64,000 bases of DNA, taken from a virus. The notes under the pieces are model-generated. The model did no database searches. It was given only the letters and a program-made list of their open reading frames with translations, and was not told the DNA's origin. The DNA is taken from the IMG/VR virus record IMGVR_UViG_3300024262_003767, one strand, 5' to 3'. Of this stretch, positions 36,651 through 45,495 are shown piece by piece; position 1 is the stretch's first letter; the number at the start of each line of letters is the position of its first letter. A program made the position numbers and the translations under genes.

Positions 36651-36773
36651 TTACTTTTGTTCTAAGTTAAATAATCTAAATTCGAGCCATTCTACGTATT
36701 CATATGTGTTTCCAACATATGATAATCCTGTTTCTTTTTTGAATTCTTTTTTAAGTTTATCTGTATAACTCAT
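36651..36773 (-). CDS. Small hypothetical protein, 40 aa (below ORF-track cutoff)
   Basis: Own translation: MSYTDKLKKEFKKETGLSYVGNTYEYVEWLEFRLFNLEQK; stop 1 nt before the next ATG. Confidence 0.3.
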   Translation of the reverse strand: MSYTDKLKKEFKKETGLSYVGNTYEYVEWLEFRLFNLEQK

Positions 36774-36869
36774 AATTTCTACCCATTTTTATTTTTTAAA
36801 TAGTTAAACACCAATTATGATACAAAGATATAAATTTAGTTTCGATTAAAAAAATTAATATATAATGAT

Positions 36870-37331
36870 ATGATTACCATTTTTAAAATATATGAGACTT
36901 GGAATGATGATACCATAGATAAATCGTTATTTGTTAGTGGTCGTGCTAAACATAATCCTAAAGTAAAAAACGATATAATAGAGTATAAAACTGATAATGG
37001 TAAATATGTAGCAAAGATTAAAAAATTGTCAAATGGTAAGTTTATTTGCAAAGTATATAGAATAAGAGACGATGGTAGTAAAATTAGAATTAGAAAGAAA
37101 GTAAAAAAAACGTTACAAACCGCTCATAATTTTATTAGAGAATTTCTAAATGATAGACTTGAAGGTAAAAAAATTAAAAAATCTAAAAAGAAAGAAAACA
37201 AAAAACAAAAGGATGATGATCCTCTTGATAAATTATTTGTGGATATTGACGAACCTGGGTTTTCAGATTCAGATTTTGATTTTAGCGAACCTAAAAAACC
37301 AAGAAAAACTATAATTAGAAGGTTTACTTAA
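36870..37331 (+). CDS. Basic (Lys-rich) hypothetical protein
   Basis: ORF track; KKIKKSKKKENKKQK tract. Confidence 0.45.
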   Translation: MITIFKIYETWNDDTIDKSLFVSGRAKHNPKVKNDIIEYKTDNGKYVAKIKKLSNGKFICKVYRIRDDGSKIRIRKKVKKTLQTAHNFIREFLNDRLEGKKIKKSKKKENKKQKDDDPLDKLFVDIDEPGFSDSDFDFSEPKKPRKTIIRRFT

Positions 37332-38334
37332 TCTTATTTTCTAAAATATTTTCAATATTTTTAAATTGAGTGTAGGCTATTCTCAACATTTTTATATCAT
37401 TTTCCTTACAATATTTATTTTTAATTTTATCATTTTGTTTCGTATATTTTAATCTTTCTTCACCTCCAAAATGTTCAACAGATTTATAATGTTGTATACC
37501 ATCATATTCCACACACATATTAAGTTCAGGTAAATAAAAATCAAAATGTAAAACTTGTTTATTTTTACATCCATTGAAAGTATATTGAGGTTCAAATTTA
37601 ATATTATTTTCTTTCAAATAATTTAATATTATTTCTTCTCCTTTAGATTGTTTACAACCTGGACAACCAACACCTCGCAAAATAGCGTTTGGTGTTATTT
37701 CCCATATATTATCACATTGATTACATTTTATTTTAACTTTATTATTTGCTTTAATATATTTACCTATAACTTCATATTTATCACCATGTACATTAAAAAC
37801 ATCTTTGATAAATTGTTCAGGTGTTTTTCTTTGTTTTTCACCCTTTTCTTTTGCTGAACATTCTGGACATTCACATTTTGTGTGTGATAAATGATACGGT
37901 TTAATTTTCCATATATTTTCACATATTTTACACCTAACCTTTACTTTTGTATTAGCATTAATATAATCTGATAAAAGTTCATACTTATCACCATAGTTAT
38001 TATTAAATTCTTCTTTAAATTTTTCTGGGGTTTTTCTTTGTTTTAAAACTGCACATTGTTTACAACCTCTACCCCTTAATAATGAATTACCGTTAGTTTT
38101 CCATTTATATCCACATTCATTACATCTAACTTCTATTTCTGATTTAGAATTTATGTAAGGTGATAATGTTGTAAATTTATCACCATAATTTTCCTTTAGT
38201 CTTTTTTGAAACCTTTCTTCTGAAAAACTTTTTGGTGCTAATTCGTGTGTTTCCCTATATTTTTCTTTTAGTTTTTTAAGTATTTTTTCTTTATTTTTTA
38301 GATAATATTGTTTATGCCATTCCTTATTATACAT
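37324..38334 (-). CDS. Homing-endonuclease-like protein (three zinc-ribbon repeats + Vsr/DUF559-type nuclease core)
   Basis: 3x [VRC.EC/IC..W...P..L..G.GCP.C]; C-terminal HFDFYLPELNMCVEYDGIQHY; TATATATT box at 38350. Confidence 0.55.
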   Translation of the reverse strand: MYNKEWHKQYYLKNKEKILKKLKEKYRETHELAPKSFSEERFQKRLKENYGDKFTTLSPYINSKSEIEVRCNECGYKWKTNGNSLLRGRGCKQCAVLKQRKTPEKFKEEFNNNYGDKYELLSDYINANTKVKVRCKICENIWKIKPYHLSHTKCECPECSAKEKGEKQRKTPEQFIKDVFNVHGDKYEVIGKYIKANNKVKIKCNQCDNIWEITPNAILRGVGCPGCKQSKGEEIILNYLKENNIKFEPQYTFNGCKNKQVLHFDFYLPELNMCVEYDGIQHYKSVEHFGGEERLKYTKQNDKIKNKYCKENDIKMLRIAYTQFKNIENILENKIK

Positions 38335-38349
38335 ATAAGTTTTTATTCT

Positions 38350-38357
38350 TATATATT
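38350..38357 (-). promoter_or_regulatory. TATATATT box
   Basis: 15 nt upstream of the start at 38334. Confidence 0.4.
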
Positions 38358-38389
38358 AAAATAAAATTATGGCTTTTTTCTCCCATCAA

Positions 38390-39280
38390 TCAAAATATAA
38401 GGCTACTTTTCGTTTCCCAACGTGAATATAATTTTCCGTTCTCCCTCAATATCAAATATTTGTATGTATCTTTAACTTCTTCATTCATACAATCATCATC
38501 AACTACGACAGACATTTCATCAATATCGTAAATTGATGCACCAAAAGGAAGTTTACCTAAATATCTACCATTCTTTACAACATATTCAGAAATTTTATCA
38601 TAAAATATTGAAGATGCGTTTTCTTCAATCCATTTATCAATTTCATTGTTTGTTTCTGATTTGTAAAGTTTCCTAAATGTAATCTGATCTGCACCCATTT
38701 CTTTACATTTATTTAAAACTTCATCAACTGAATATTTATCATAATCATCAACAAGATTTAATGATAATCTAAGATTGAAATCATATTTTTTGATAAGAGA
38801 AATAATTTCATTCATATCAAATTTCAATTTATCTTTACATCCAATTATACTCATATTTTTTTCATTATCAAAAACATTAGATATTGAAAGTGAGATTGTT
38901 GTTACTCCAATATTCCTTAAAAATTTAAGGCTTATATCATCTAATAACACACCTGTACTTTGAATTTCAATACTTTTAAAAGGTGTAATCAATTTTGAAT
39001 TTGTCTCAGAAAAGAATTTCAAAAATGGAAAATTTTGTGTTGGTTCACCTGTACCTGTTAATATAACAACATTACAACCATTATCTCTTGCAAATTGTAA
39101 ACGATTAAAATAATCTTTATATTCAATTGTAGTAGTATCTACATCAACCCAAAATTTATCTTTCTTTTTTAAACAATTAGAAACTTTATCACTATAAGGA
39201 TTTGTGTGCGTCCTACTCACACAAAATTTTACACATTTGTTTTTTGTAGGGACAACAATCGATAAACTCTGTATATTCAT
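38390..39280 (-). CDS. Radical-SAM-fold-like protein with incomplete cluster motif (CX3CX2R)
   Basis: SIVVPTKNKCVKFCVSR, VVILTGTGEPT, TTISLSIS. DNA confirms AGG (Arg) where the third Cys is expected. Confidence 0.35.
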   Translation of the reverse strand: MNIQSLSIVVPTKNKCVKFCVSRTHTNPYSDKVSNCLKKKDKFWVDVDTTTIEYKDYFNRLQFARDNGCNVVILTGTGEPTQNFPFLKFFSETNSKLITPFKSIEIQSTGVLLDDISLKFLRNIGVTTISLSISNVFDNEKNMSIIGCKDKLKFDMNEIISLIKKYDFNLRLSLNLVDDYDKYSVDEVLNKCKEMGADQITFRKLYKSETNNEIDKWIEENASSIFYDKISEYVVKNGRYLGKLPFGASIYDIDEMSVVVDDDCMNEEVKDTYKYLILRENGKLYSRWETKSSLIF

Positions 39281-39402
39281 TTCTTTGTATTTTAACGTTA
39301 TAATTTTATTTTATATTGCAAATATATAACTTTTATTCAACACAAAAAAGAAATGTGAAATAATTTATATTAATTATTAACAAATAAAAATCAAAAATAT
39401 TT

Positions 39403-39912
39403 ATGAATTGGTATGTAATACGAGTAGTAACTAGTAAAGAAAAGAAAACAAAAGAATTAATTGAAAAAGAATTGGAACTATATAAATTAGATAATAAAGT
39501 GTCTCAAATTTTGGTTCCAAGTAAGAAAGTGATGCAAATGAGAAATGGTAAAAAATATACTATTGAAAAGAATGATTTTCCAGGATATATTCTCATCGAA
39601 ACGGATAAAGTTGATGAACTAGTTTCAACTATTAAAAATGTTTCAAATGTTTTAGGGTTTTTAGGTGTGACTCACCCAGAACCACTAAGGCAAAGAGAGG
39701 TGGAAACAATCGTTGGTAGACAAAATAACACAATAGTTGAAGATAAATATTTTATTGGTGAAGTTGTAAAAGTCACCGACGGTCCTTTTAACTCATTTGT
39801 TGGTGAAATTATTCTAGTGAATGATAAGAAGAAAGCTGTAAAAGTGAACATTAAAGTTTTTGGACGTGATGTTCCAGTAGATTTGACTTATATTCAGATA
39901 GAAAAGAATTAG
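39403..39912 (+). CDS. nusG: Transcription termination/antitermination factor NusG
   Basis: NGN start NWYVIRVVTSKEKK; KOW GEVVKVTDGPFNSFVGEIILVNDKKKAVKVNIKVFGRDVPVDL. Confidence 0.85.
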   Translation: MNWYVIRVVTSKEKKTKELIEKELELYKLDNKVSQILVPSKKVMQMRNGKKYTIEKNDFPGYILIETDKVDELVSTIKNVSNVLGFLGVTHPEPLRQREVETIVGRQNNTIVEDKYFIGEVVKVTDGPFNSFVGEIILVNDKKKAVKVNIKVFGRDVPVDLTYIQIEKN

Positions 39913-39923
39913 AACAAAAACTT

Positions 39924-39967
39924 TTCTAAACAAAAAAAGAGGCTCACGCCTCTTTTTTTGTTTAGAA
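39924..39967. terminator. Bidirectional terminator, 20-bp perfect palindrome
   Basis: ttctaaacaaaaaaagaggc tcac gcctctttttttgtttagaa between nusG and the S1 gene. Confidence 0.75.
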
Positions 39968-39975
39968 AAAATGGA

Positions 39976-41106
39976 TTATTCCTCTTTTTCTTTAACTAAG
40001 TTAAGATATATCTTTCTATCATCTTTGATAACAGAAATAACCTTAACTTTTACTTGATCACCTTTCGTTAATTTGGCATTATTCTTCACAAGGTATGTGG
40101 TTTGTATTAACCCCATAGTTTCATAGTCAAGTGAAATTAATGCTCCAAAATTTTTCACATCAATTACTTTTCCTGATAATATTTTACCTACTTTAATTTT
40201 ATCCCAAAGAGACTCTTTTAAAGATTGTGTTAGTATAATCTTTTGACTTTTTGTGATTTCCTTAACATAAAAATCAATTGCCATACCAGGTAGGATTTGG
40301 TGCCATCTATCTTGCCACTCAGTATTTATGTTCATTTTATGAATCATACCTGTAAGACAATTATTGAATTGAACAAATACTCCAAATGGTGTTGTTCCAG
40401 TAACTTCGCCTGCATAAACGACATCATTTTTTAGTTTTTTGATCTCTTCTGGTATAAGTGTCTTAAGATATTTTCTTCGTGAAACAACATAAACCCCCTT
40501 TTCTTGTTGCAATGTCTCTAACATCACATTTAGAGTTTCACCAATAATTGATTCAGGATTTGCGAGTTTATTAACATCAGCTAATGTATTTGGCATAAAC
40601 GCATCGATAGTTACATTATCCATATAAATATCAAGCATATAGCCTGCTGGTATTAATTCCTTCACCTTAGCAACAAGTGATAATCTTTCTTCATAATAAG
40701 TTTTCAATTTATTATGAACATTCATTTTAATTAATTCTGTAATAGATCCTCTTATTAAGAATGGATCGTCTTGAATTGATGTTATTAGTACATCAATTTG
40801 TGAACCAGGCTCTAACCCTATCACTAATTTTCCTTTTGGTGTGTCAACATAAATGTAGTCTTTATACCCAAAATCAACAGTTATTTCTGTATCATCTATA
40901 GATACTATCACACCTTTGATTATTTCCCCTTCTCTTACTTCTCTTAAATCAAGAAAAGTTTTTTCCATCATACGATAAAGATTTTGATAATCTTCAGTAA
41001 GATTAGATAAATCACCTTTTACTTTGATTATTTCTCTATCATTAGTTAGAAACGGAAAAGGATCAGGAAGTGATCCTACATTTACGCCTTCGATTAATTT
41101 CGACAT
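39976..41106 (-). CDS. rpsA: Ribosomal protein S1-like protein (four S1/OB domains, 376 aa)
   Basis: GEIIKGVIVSIDDTEITVDFG, GYMLDIYMDNVTIDAFMP, YAGEVTGTTPFGVFVQF..LTGMIH, LSGKVIDVKNFGALISL..GLI. Confidence 0.8.
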   Translation of the reverse strand: MSKLIEGVNVGSLPDPFPFLTNDREIIKVKGDLSNLTEDYQNLYRMMEKTFLDLREVREGEIIKGVIVSIDDTEITVDFGYKDYIYVDTPKGKLVIGLEPGSQIDVLITSIQDDPFLIRGSITELIKMNVHNKLKTYYEERLSLVAKVKELIPAGYMLDIYMDNVTIDAFMPNTLADVNKLANPESIIGETLNVMLETLQQEKGVYVVSRRKYLKTLIPEEIKKLKNDVVYAGEVTGTTPFGVFVQFNNCLTGMIHKMNINTEWQDRWHQILPGMAIDFYVKEITKSQKIILTQSLKESLWDKIKVGKILSGKVIDVKNFGALISLDYETMGLIQTTYLVKNNAKLTKGDQVKVKVISVIKDDRKIYLNLVKEKEE

Positions 41107-41175
41107 ACGATTTTTTTTAAGTTAAACATTTATTTTAATTACTCACAATATTATAGAACCATTAAAAATAAAGGT

Positions 41176-41832
41176 TTACTTTTCTTTATCTTCTTTGTAA
41201 ATATTTTGTTTTCTTTGTGAAGGTAATTGCTCGGTATGAGTCCAAACTTCTGTATCATAGATACTTTCTTCTTGAATTTCTTGTGTTGTGCTAAGAGCCC
41301 AATCTATATCCAAATATAAAAATTTGAAAGTTAATGAGAATGTTTGTTCTGATATGTCTTGTATATTATATGCAAGTCTAAGTTCAGATTCTGATTTCCA
41401 TAAAACTGAACGAAACTTAACTACATAAATCACATCTCCATCCTTATCAAGAATATCTAAAGTTAACCAAGGCATATAATATTTTCTTGTATTATTATAA
41501 TATTCAGTTAGTATTTGTCTTAACATGAAATAGTTGGCATGCGAATCTATACTTCTAAATGTTATATCTAATTCTTGGGAATTTAAATCGTGAATATTTT
41601 GTGTTGGTTTATATTCAATTTGTTTACTATATTTATGAACCTGTTGTGAACCATCAATTTGCATTGATGGAAAAACAATTTCTTTTATTGTTGAATTTAA
41701 GTAATCAATAGGTTTATTATATGGTATAAAATTCTTATCCATAAACCTTTGAAGTTTATCATTTGTTTCTTCTGAAACAAAATCAGTTGGAAAATTAAAC
41801 TTAAATTGATTATTTTGTGATCCTAATCTCAT
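41176..41832 (-). CDS. T4 gp19-family tail tube-like protein (tube / tube initiator)
   Basis: NQFKFNFP, IKEIVFPSMQIDG, ELDITFRSID, and C-terminal EQTFSLTFKFLYLDIDW (compare T4 gp19 EIQTFEVTLALDYWE). Confidence 0.4.
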   Translation of the reverse strand: MRLGSQNNQFKFNFPTDFVSEETNDKLQRFMDKNFIPYNKPIDYLNSTIKEIVFPSMQIDGSQQVHKYSKQIEYKPTQNIHDLNSQELDITFRSIDSHANYFMLRQILTEYYNNTRKYYMPWLTLDILDKDGDVIYVVKFRSVLWKSESELRLAYNIQDISEQTFSLTFKFLYLDIDWALSTTQEIQEESIYDTEVWTHTEQLPSQRKQNIYKEDKEK

Positions 41833-41846
41833 TTTTAAACATTATT

Positions 41847-42188
41847 TTATCCTGCAACACCACCTGCGCCAGGAACATTTTCACTATCATCTGTACTTTC
41901 ATTTGATAAATCTTGAAAGGCGATAGTCGTATTTTGTACTGTTACTGTTGGAATATCAGAAGTTTGATTGTTGCTGTATCTCTTTAATGGTAGCACTTCT
42001 AATGCTTCTATGTATGGACTTTTTAACAATTCTCTATATAACTCTTCTGATATTTCAGAAGCTACAATTATATTACCAGATTGATATACAACTGAACCAC
42101 CTTCATTTTTAATTAAGTTAGATATTTCAGGATTAAATGTTGAAGCTATTACTGATTCTGCTGTATTATTAGATGATGATGTTGCCAT
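41847..42188 (-). CDS. Hypothetical protein (structural module)
   Basis: ORF track; lies between two putative structural genes. Confidence 0.45.
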   Translation of the reverse strand: MATSSSNNTAESVIASTFNPEISNLIKNEGGSVVYQSGNIIVASEISEELYRELLKSPYIEALEVLPLKRYSNNQTSDIPTVTVQNTTIAFQDLSNESTDDSENVPGAGGVAG

Positions 42189-42205
42189 TTTTATATTATT
42201 AATTT

Positions 42206-44050
42206 TTAAGTTGCTCTTATTTGCTCTGCTGGTGAACTTGTTACAGAACTTCGTGATTTCGTGTAAATTATTAACGTTTTACCTGCTTTTGGTTGCCATC
42301 CAGTATTTCCAATATTTACTGGTTTAATATTTGATGTATTAGATGAACTTAATGAACCATCATCCGTTATAGTTATACCATCTTCAACAAATCTAACATC
42401 TTCATAAAATGTGAACGTACCTGAGTATAATAATGTTTTTAATTTGTTGGCTTCTAACGCTATATAAAAATTATTATATCCCTTATCATATATTTTCTTT
42501 AGTACATTTAAATCATTTTCAGCAATTTTAAAATTAACTATACCTAATGTGAAATTATTTGTAGATTCTTTAAAAATTGATTTTTCAATTGATTCTGAAT
42601 CAGATTTAAATATTAATTTAACATCTGAACCTTTTGTTAATTCTGATAAATTAAAAGGTTGTAAACTTTTATTATTTATTAATTTTCCAAGTTTAAATTG
42701 AATCACATTATCAAACGGGGTTATAATTATGTTCAATAACCCCATACCTTTATAATTTTGTGGTTGTGAACTCTTTGGACTATTTACAATAACTTTACCA
42801 ACATCTATTAGAAGAGGATAAGGTATTTTTCTAATTTCAGTCACAAGAGGCTTAGTGCTAAAATCCCTATTAAGTTGAATTTGCTCTGGTTTAGCATTGT
42901 ATATCTTTAAATTATTAATATTTCCAACATCAAGAGAAATTAATCTTTTACCATATTTATGAATACTATCCCTAATTCCAAGTGTTGTAAATCTCACAAT
43001 TTGTGACATATCAACCAAATCAACAACTCTCATTGTAACTTTAATGGCAGCGGTTGTATTAGAGAATGTCATAATTGGTCTATAATATAATTTCTTTGTG
43101 AATATAGCTAAACCTAATGTTGGATCTTCTTCAACAGAAAATGTTTGTTTTGACGTTTGAATATTTTCTTCATAAAGATATACATCATATTCAAATTTTA
43201 CTCGTCTACCTTTTGTATATACATCTTCAATAAATTCGTTAAGATTCTCATTTGATTCACCATAAGTGCCATATATTTCAAAAAAATCACCTTCAGTAGA
43301 TTCTTCGACTTTAACTGCAAGAGTTTGATATTCAGGTGTTTGTGGTATAGACATTCTATACTCATTTGTGGCATAATAGTAATTCACCCCTAATATCGTA
43401 TCTTTACTAGTTAAAAATCTAAAATCTAAGAATATAGGTGCAGTTTGACTTAATCCTTCATGACTTGTTGTTAAATTATAATTTATAGTATTAGGTATTA
43501 CACTATTTGTGTTATCACTTAAAACTCGTTGATTAGATACGTAATTTATAGAAGGCACCTCAAATTCAAAATATTTACCCCATTCAATTTCATCATATAT
43601 GAATGGTATTGCCAAATTCAATAATGTTGAACCACTACGAGCATCTGTATTATCATAGAAAATGTTACTTAGATTATATGTTTTTGTATTATCAAATCCA
43701 TAAGCGAATGTTTTTAAATAAAATCCAACATAACCTTCTGTTTCAAAATTGTAATTTGTTGGTAAATAAACTCTTACCCTATCATATTGTATTGGTGCTG
43801 AACTATAATCTTGTTCTTGTAGATAATTATAACTATTATCAAATACGGTATATTTTCTTAAAACTGGATCGATTTGAAATAAGTTTCTACTTTTACTATT
43901 TAAAAGTGATGTTGAAAGGAAATTTTTCGTATTGTTTTCGTTAATATTTGTTATTATCTGATAATTCTCTGATATAAAATTATTACTATCAAATCCCCAC
44001 TCAATTAATACTTTTGGGTTTATTTTTATATACTTAGAAACAGTCGCCAT
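42206..44050 (-). CDS. Large virion-structural candidate (occupies the sheath position upstream of the tube-like gene)
   Basis: 614 aa, N/S/T/Y-rich and beta-rich. Position only; no sheath motif recognised. Confidence 0.55.
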   Translation of the reverse strand: MATVSKYIKINPKVLIEWGFDSNNFISENYQIITNINENNTKNFLSTSLLNSKSRNLFQIDPVLRKYTVFDNSYNYLQEQDYSSAPIQYDRVRVYLPTNYNFETEGYVGFYLKTFAYGFDNTKTYNLSNIFYDNTDARSGSTLLNLAIPFIYDEIEWGKYFEFEVPSINYVSNQRVLSDNTNSVIPNTINYNLTTSHEGLSQTAPIFLDFRFLTSKDTILGVNYYYATNEYRMSIPQTPEYQTLAVKVEESTEGDFFEIYGTYGESNENLNEFIEDVYTKGRRVKFEYDVYLYEENIQTSKQTFSVEEDPTLGLAIFTKKLYYRPIMTFSNTTAAIKVTMRVVDLVDMSQIVRFTTLGIRDSIHKYGKRLISLDVGNINNLKIYNAKPEQIQLNRDFSTKPLVTEIRKIPYPLLIDVGKVIVNSPKSSQPQNYKGMGLLNIIITPFDNVIQFKLGKLINNKSLQPFNLSELTKGSDVKLIFKSDSESIEKSIFKESTNNFTLGIVNFKIAENDLNVLKKIYDKGYNNFYIALEANKLKTLLYSGTFTFYEDVRFVEDGITITDDGSLSSSNTSNIKPVNIGNTGWQPKAGKTLIIYTKSRSSVTSSPAEQIRAT

Positions 44051-44075
44051 GTTATTTGATTATTTATTATTTACT

Positions 44076-44083
44076 TATATATA
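44076..44083. promoter_or_regulatory. TATATATA box in a divergent region
   Basis: 25 nt from the minus-strand ATG at 44050; 56 nt from the plus-strand ATG at 44140. Confidence 0.4.
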
Positions 44084-44139
44084 TTAAATTGTAAACTTTA
44101 AACCGAAAAATTAATAAAAAGTAAAAATAAAGTCCAACA

Positions 44140-44694
44140 ATGTCATTAACAACAACTGCGGTAAGTTCTAACTATGGCACATTAACCGTCTCAGGTACAC
44201 TTTCAGGTTACACAACAACATCATCGACAATAACAATATGTACAGGGTACACTTACGCAGGTTATGGGTATTCACCTTATCTAATGGGTGTTGATGTTGC
44301 TTATTCAAAATTATCAAATTTAGATTATGAAATAGAATTTTCATATGATGTTGACGATCATTTAAAAAATAGTGTAAGTTTTATAAATCATAAAAAAATC
44401 ACATTTAATTGTGATTTTGTGGAGAAAGATAGAATTCAACCTTATGAACTAATAATGAAAATGATAAGTGAAAAAATAAAATTCGATATCACAATTGATG
44501 TGAGTGATATTTTAACAGTTAAATATCTAGATGTTAGGTTTAAAGATATTGAAAATAATTTTTTATTTAATGGTAAGTGTGACTTTAGTACATTACAAGT
44601 TAAAATTAAATATAAGAGTATAATTTACGATAACCATAAATTACACATAACAGAAAAACGAAAAGATAAATTAAATAAAATAATGGAATTGTGA
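44140..44694 (+). CDS. Hypothetical protein
   Basis: ORF track; ends EKRKDKLNKIMEL. Confidence 0.5.
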   Translation: MSLTTTAVSSNYGTLTVSGTLSGYTTTSSTITICTGYTYAGYGYSPYLMGVDVAYSKLSNLDYEIEFSYDVDDHLKNSVSFINHKKITFNCDFVEKDRIQPYELIMKMISEKIKFDITIDVSDILTVKYLDVRFKDIENNFLFNGKCDFSTLQVKIKYKSIIYDNHKLHITEKRKDKLNKIMEL

Positions 44695-45284
44695 TAGATA
44701 GAAGAAATGATATATACAAAATTCTCAATTTAAAAAATTATAAACTTGGTATAGAAGTGGGTACTTTTGAAGGTGATTTTTCAAGAACTATTTTAAGTAC
44801 TTGGAATGGTACATTATATTCTTTAGATATTTGGAAAACATTAGATAATGAAGAATATGTTGATACTAGTAATAATATCACACCATTTGACACATTAGGT
44901 AAGACTATTATTAATATTGAAGGATTTGAAGATAGGAGTGTCTTAATAAGAACCTCATCAGAAAATGGTTCAAAAATATTTCCTAATGAATATTTTGATT
45001 TTGTTTATATTGATGCAAATCATAAATATTCTTATGTTAAACAAGATATAGAATTGTGGTATCCAAAAATAAAACATGGTGGTATGATATCAGGTCACGA
45101 TTATATTAACGATTATAAACCTGATCAAACGGTTAATGGATATGATACTAATGTATGGATAGATAATAATTTTTGTGGATTGTTTGGAGTAAATCCTGCG
45201 GTTGATGAATTTGTTAAAAAATATAATCTAGATTTAAATATAACAAGTGAATATTTTGGTACATGGTACACATTTAAAAAATAA
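44691..45284 (+). CDS. Class I SAM-dependent methyltransferase (Methyltransf_24-like)
   Basis: LGIEVGTFEGDFS, FDFVYIDANHKYSYVKQDIELWYPKIKHGGMISGHDY. Confidence 0.6.
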   Translation: MIDRRNDIYKILNLKNYKLGIEVGTFEGDFSRTILSTWNGTLYSLDIWKTLDNEEYVDTSNNITPFDTLGKTIINIEGFEDRSVLIRTSSENGSKIFPNEYFDFVYIDANHKYSYVKQDIELWYPKIKHGGMISGHDYINDYKPDQTVNGYDTNVWIDNNFCGLFGVNPAVDEFVKKYNLDLNITSEYFGTWYTFKK

Positions 45285-45291
45285 TTAAATT

Positions 45292-45495
45292 ATGAAAACG
45301 TTAAAGAAAAACAATGAAATTAAAAGAGTAAAAGATTCTTCACCATCAGACGAGGCACAAATTCAAAGTTTATTAAACTCTGGATGGAAATATTGTCCGA
45401 AAAGTGAATGGAAAGCAACAAGACCTGTAAAGGAAAAAGTTGACAAGAAAAAAGTTGACAAGAAAGAGAATAAAAAAAGAGGTATAGATTCGTGA
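45292..45495 (+). CDS. Small basic hypothetical protein
   Basis: ORF track; KVDKKKVDKKENKKR. Confidence 0.4.
   Translation: MKTLKKNNEIKRVKDSSPSDEAQIQSLLNSGWKYCPKSEWKATRPVKEKVDKKKVDKKENKKRGIDS

Noticed and set aside
42206-44050. Calling the 614-aa protein a tail sheath
   Set aside because: The only support is its position upstream of the gp19-like gene. I recognise no sheath motifs, and the N-terminus does not resemble gp18-family proteins. It is therefore listed as a structural candidate of unknown role.
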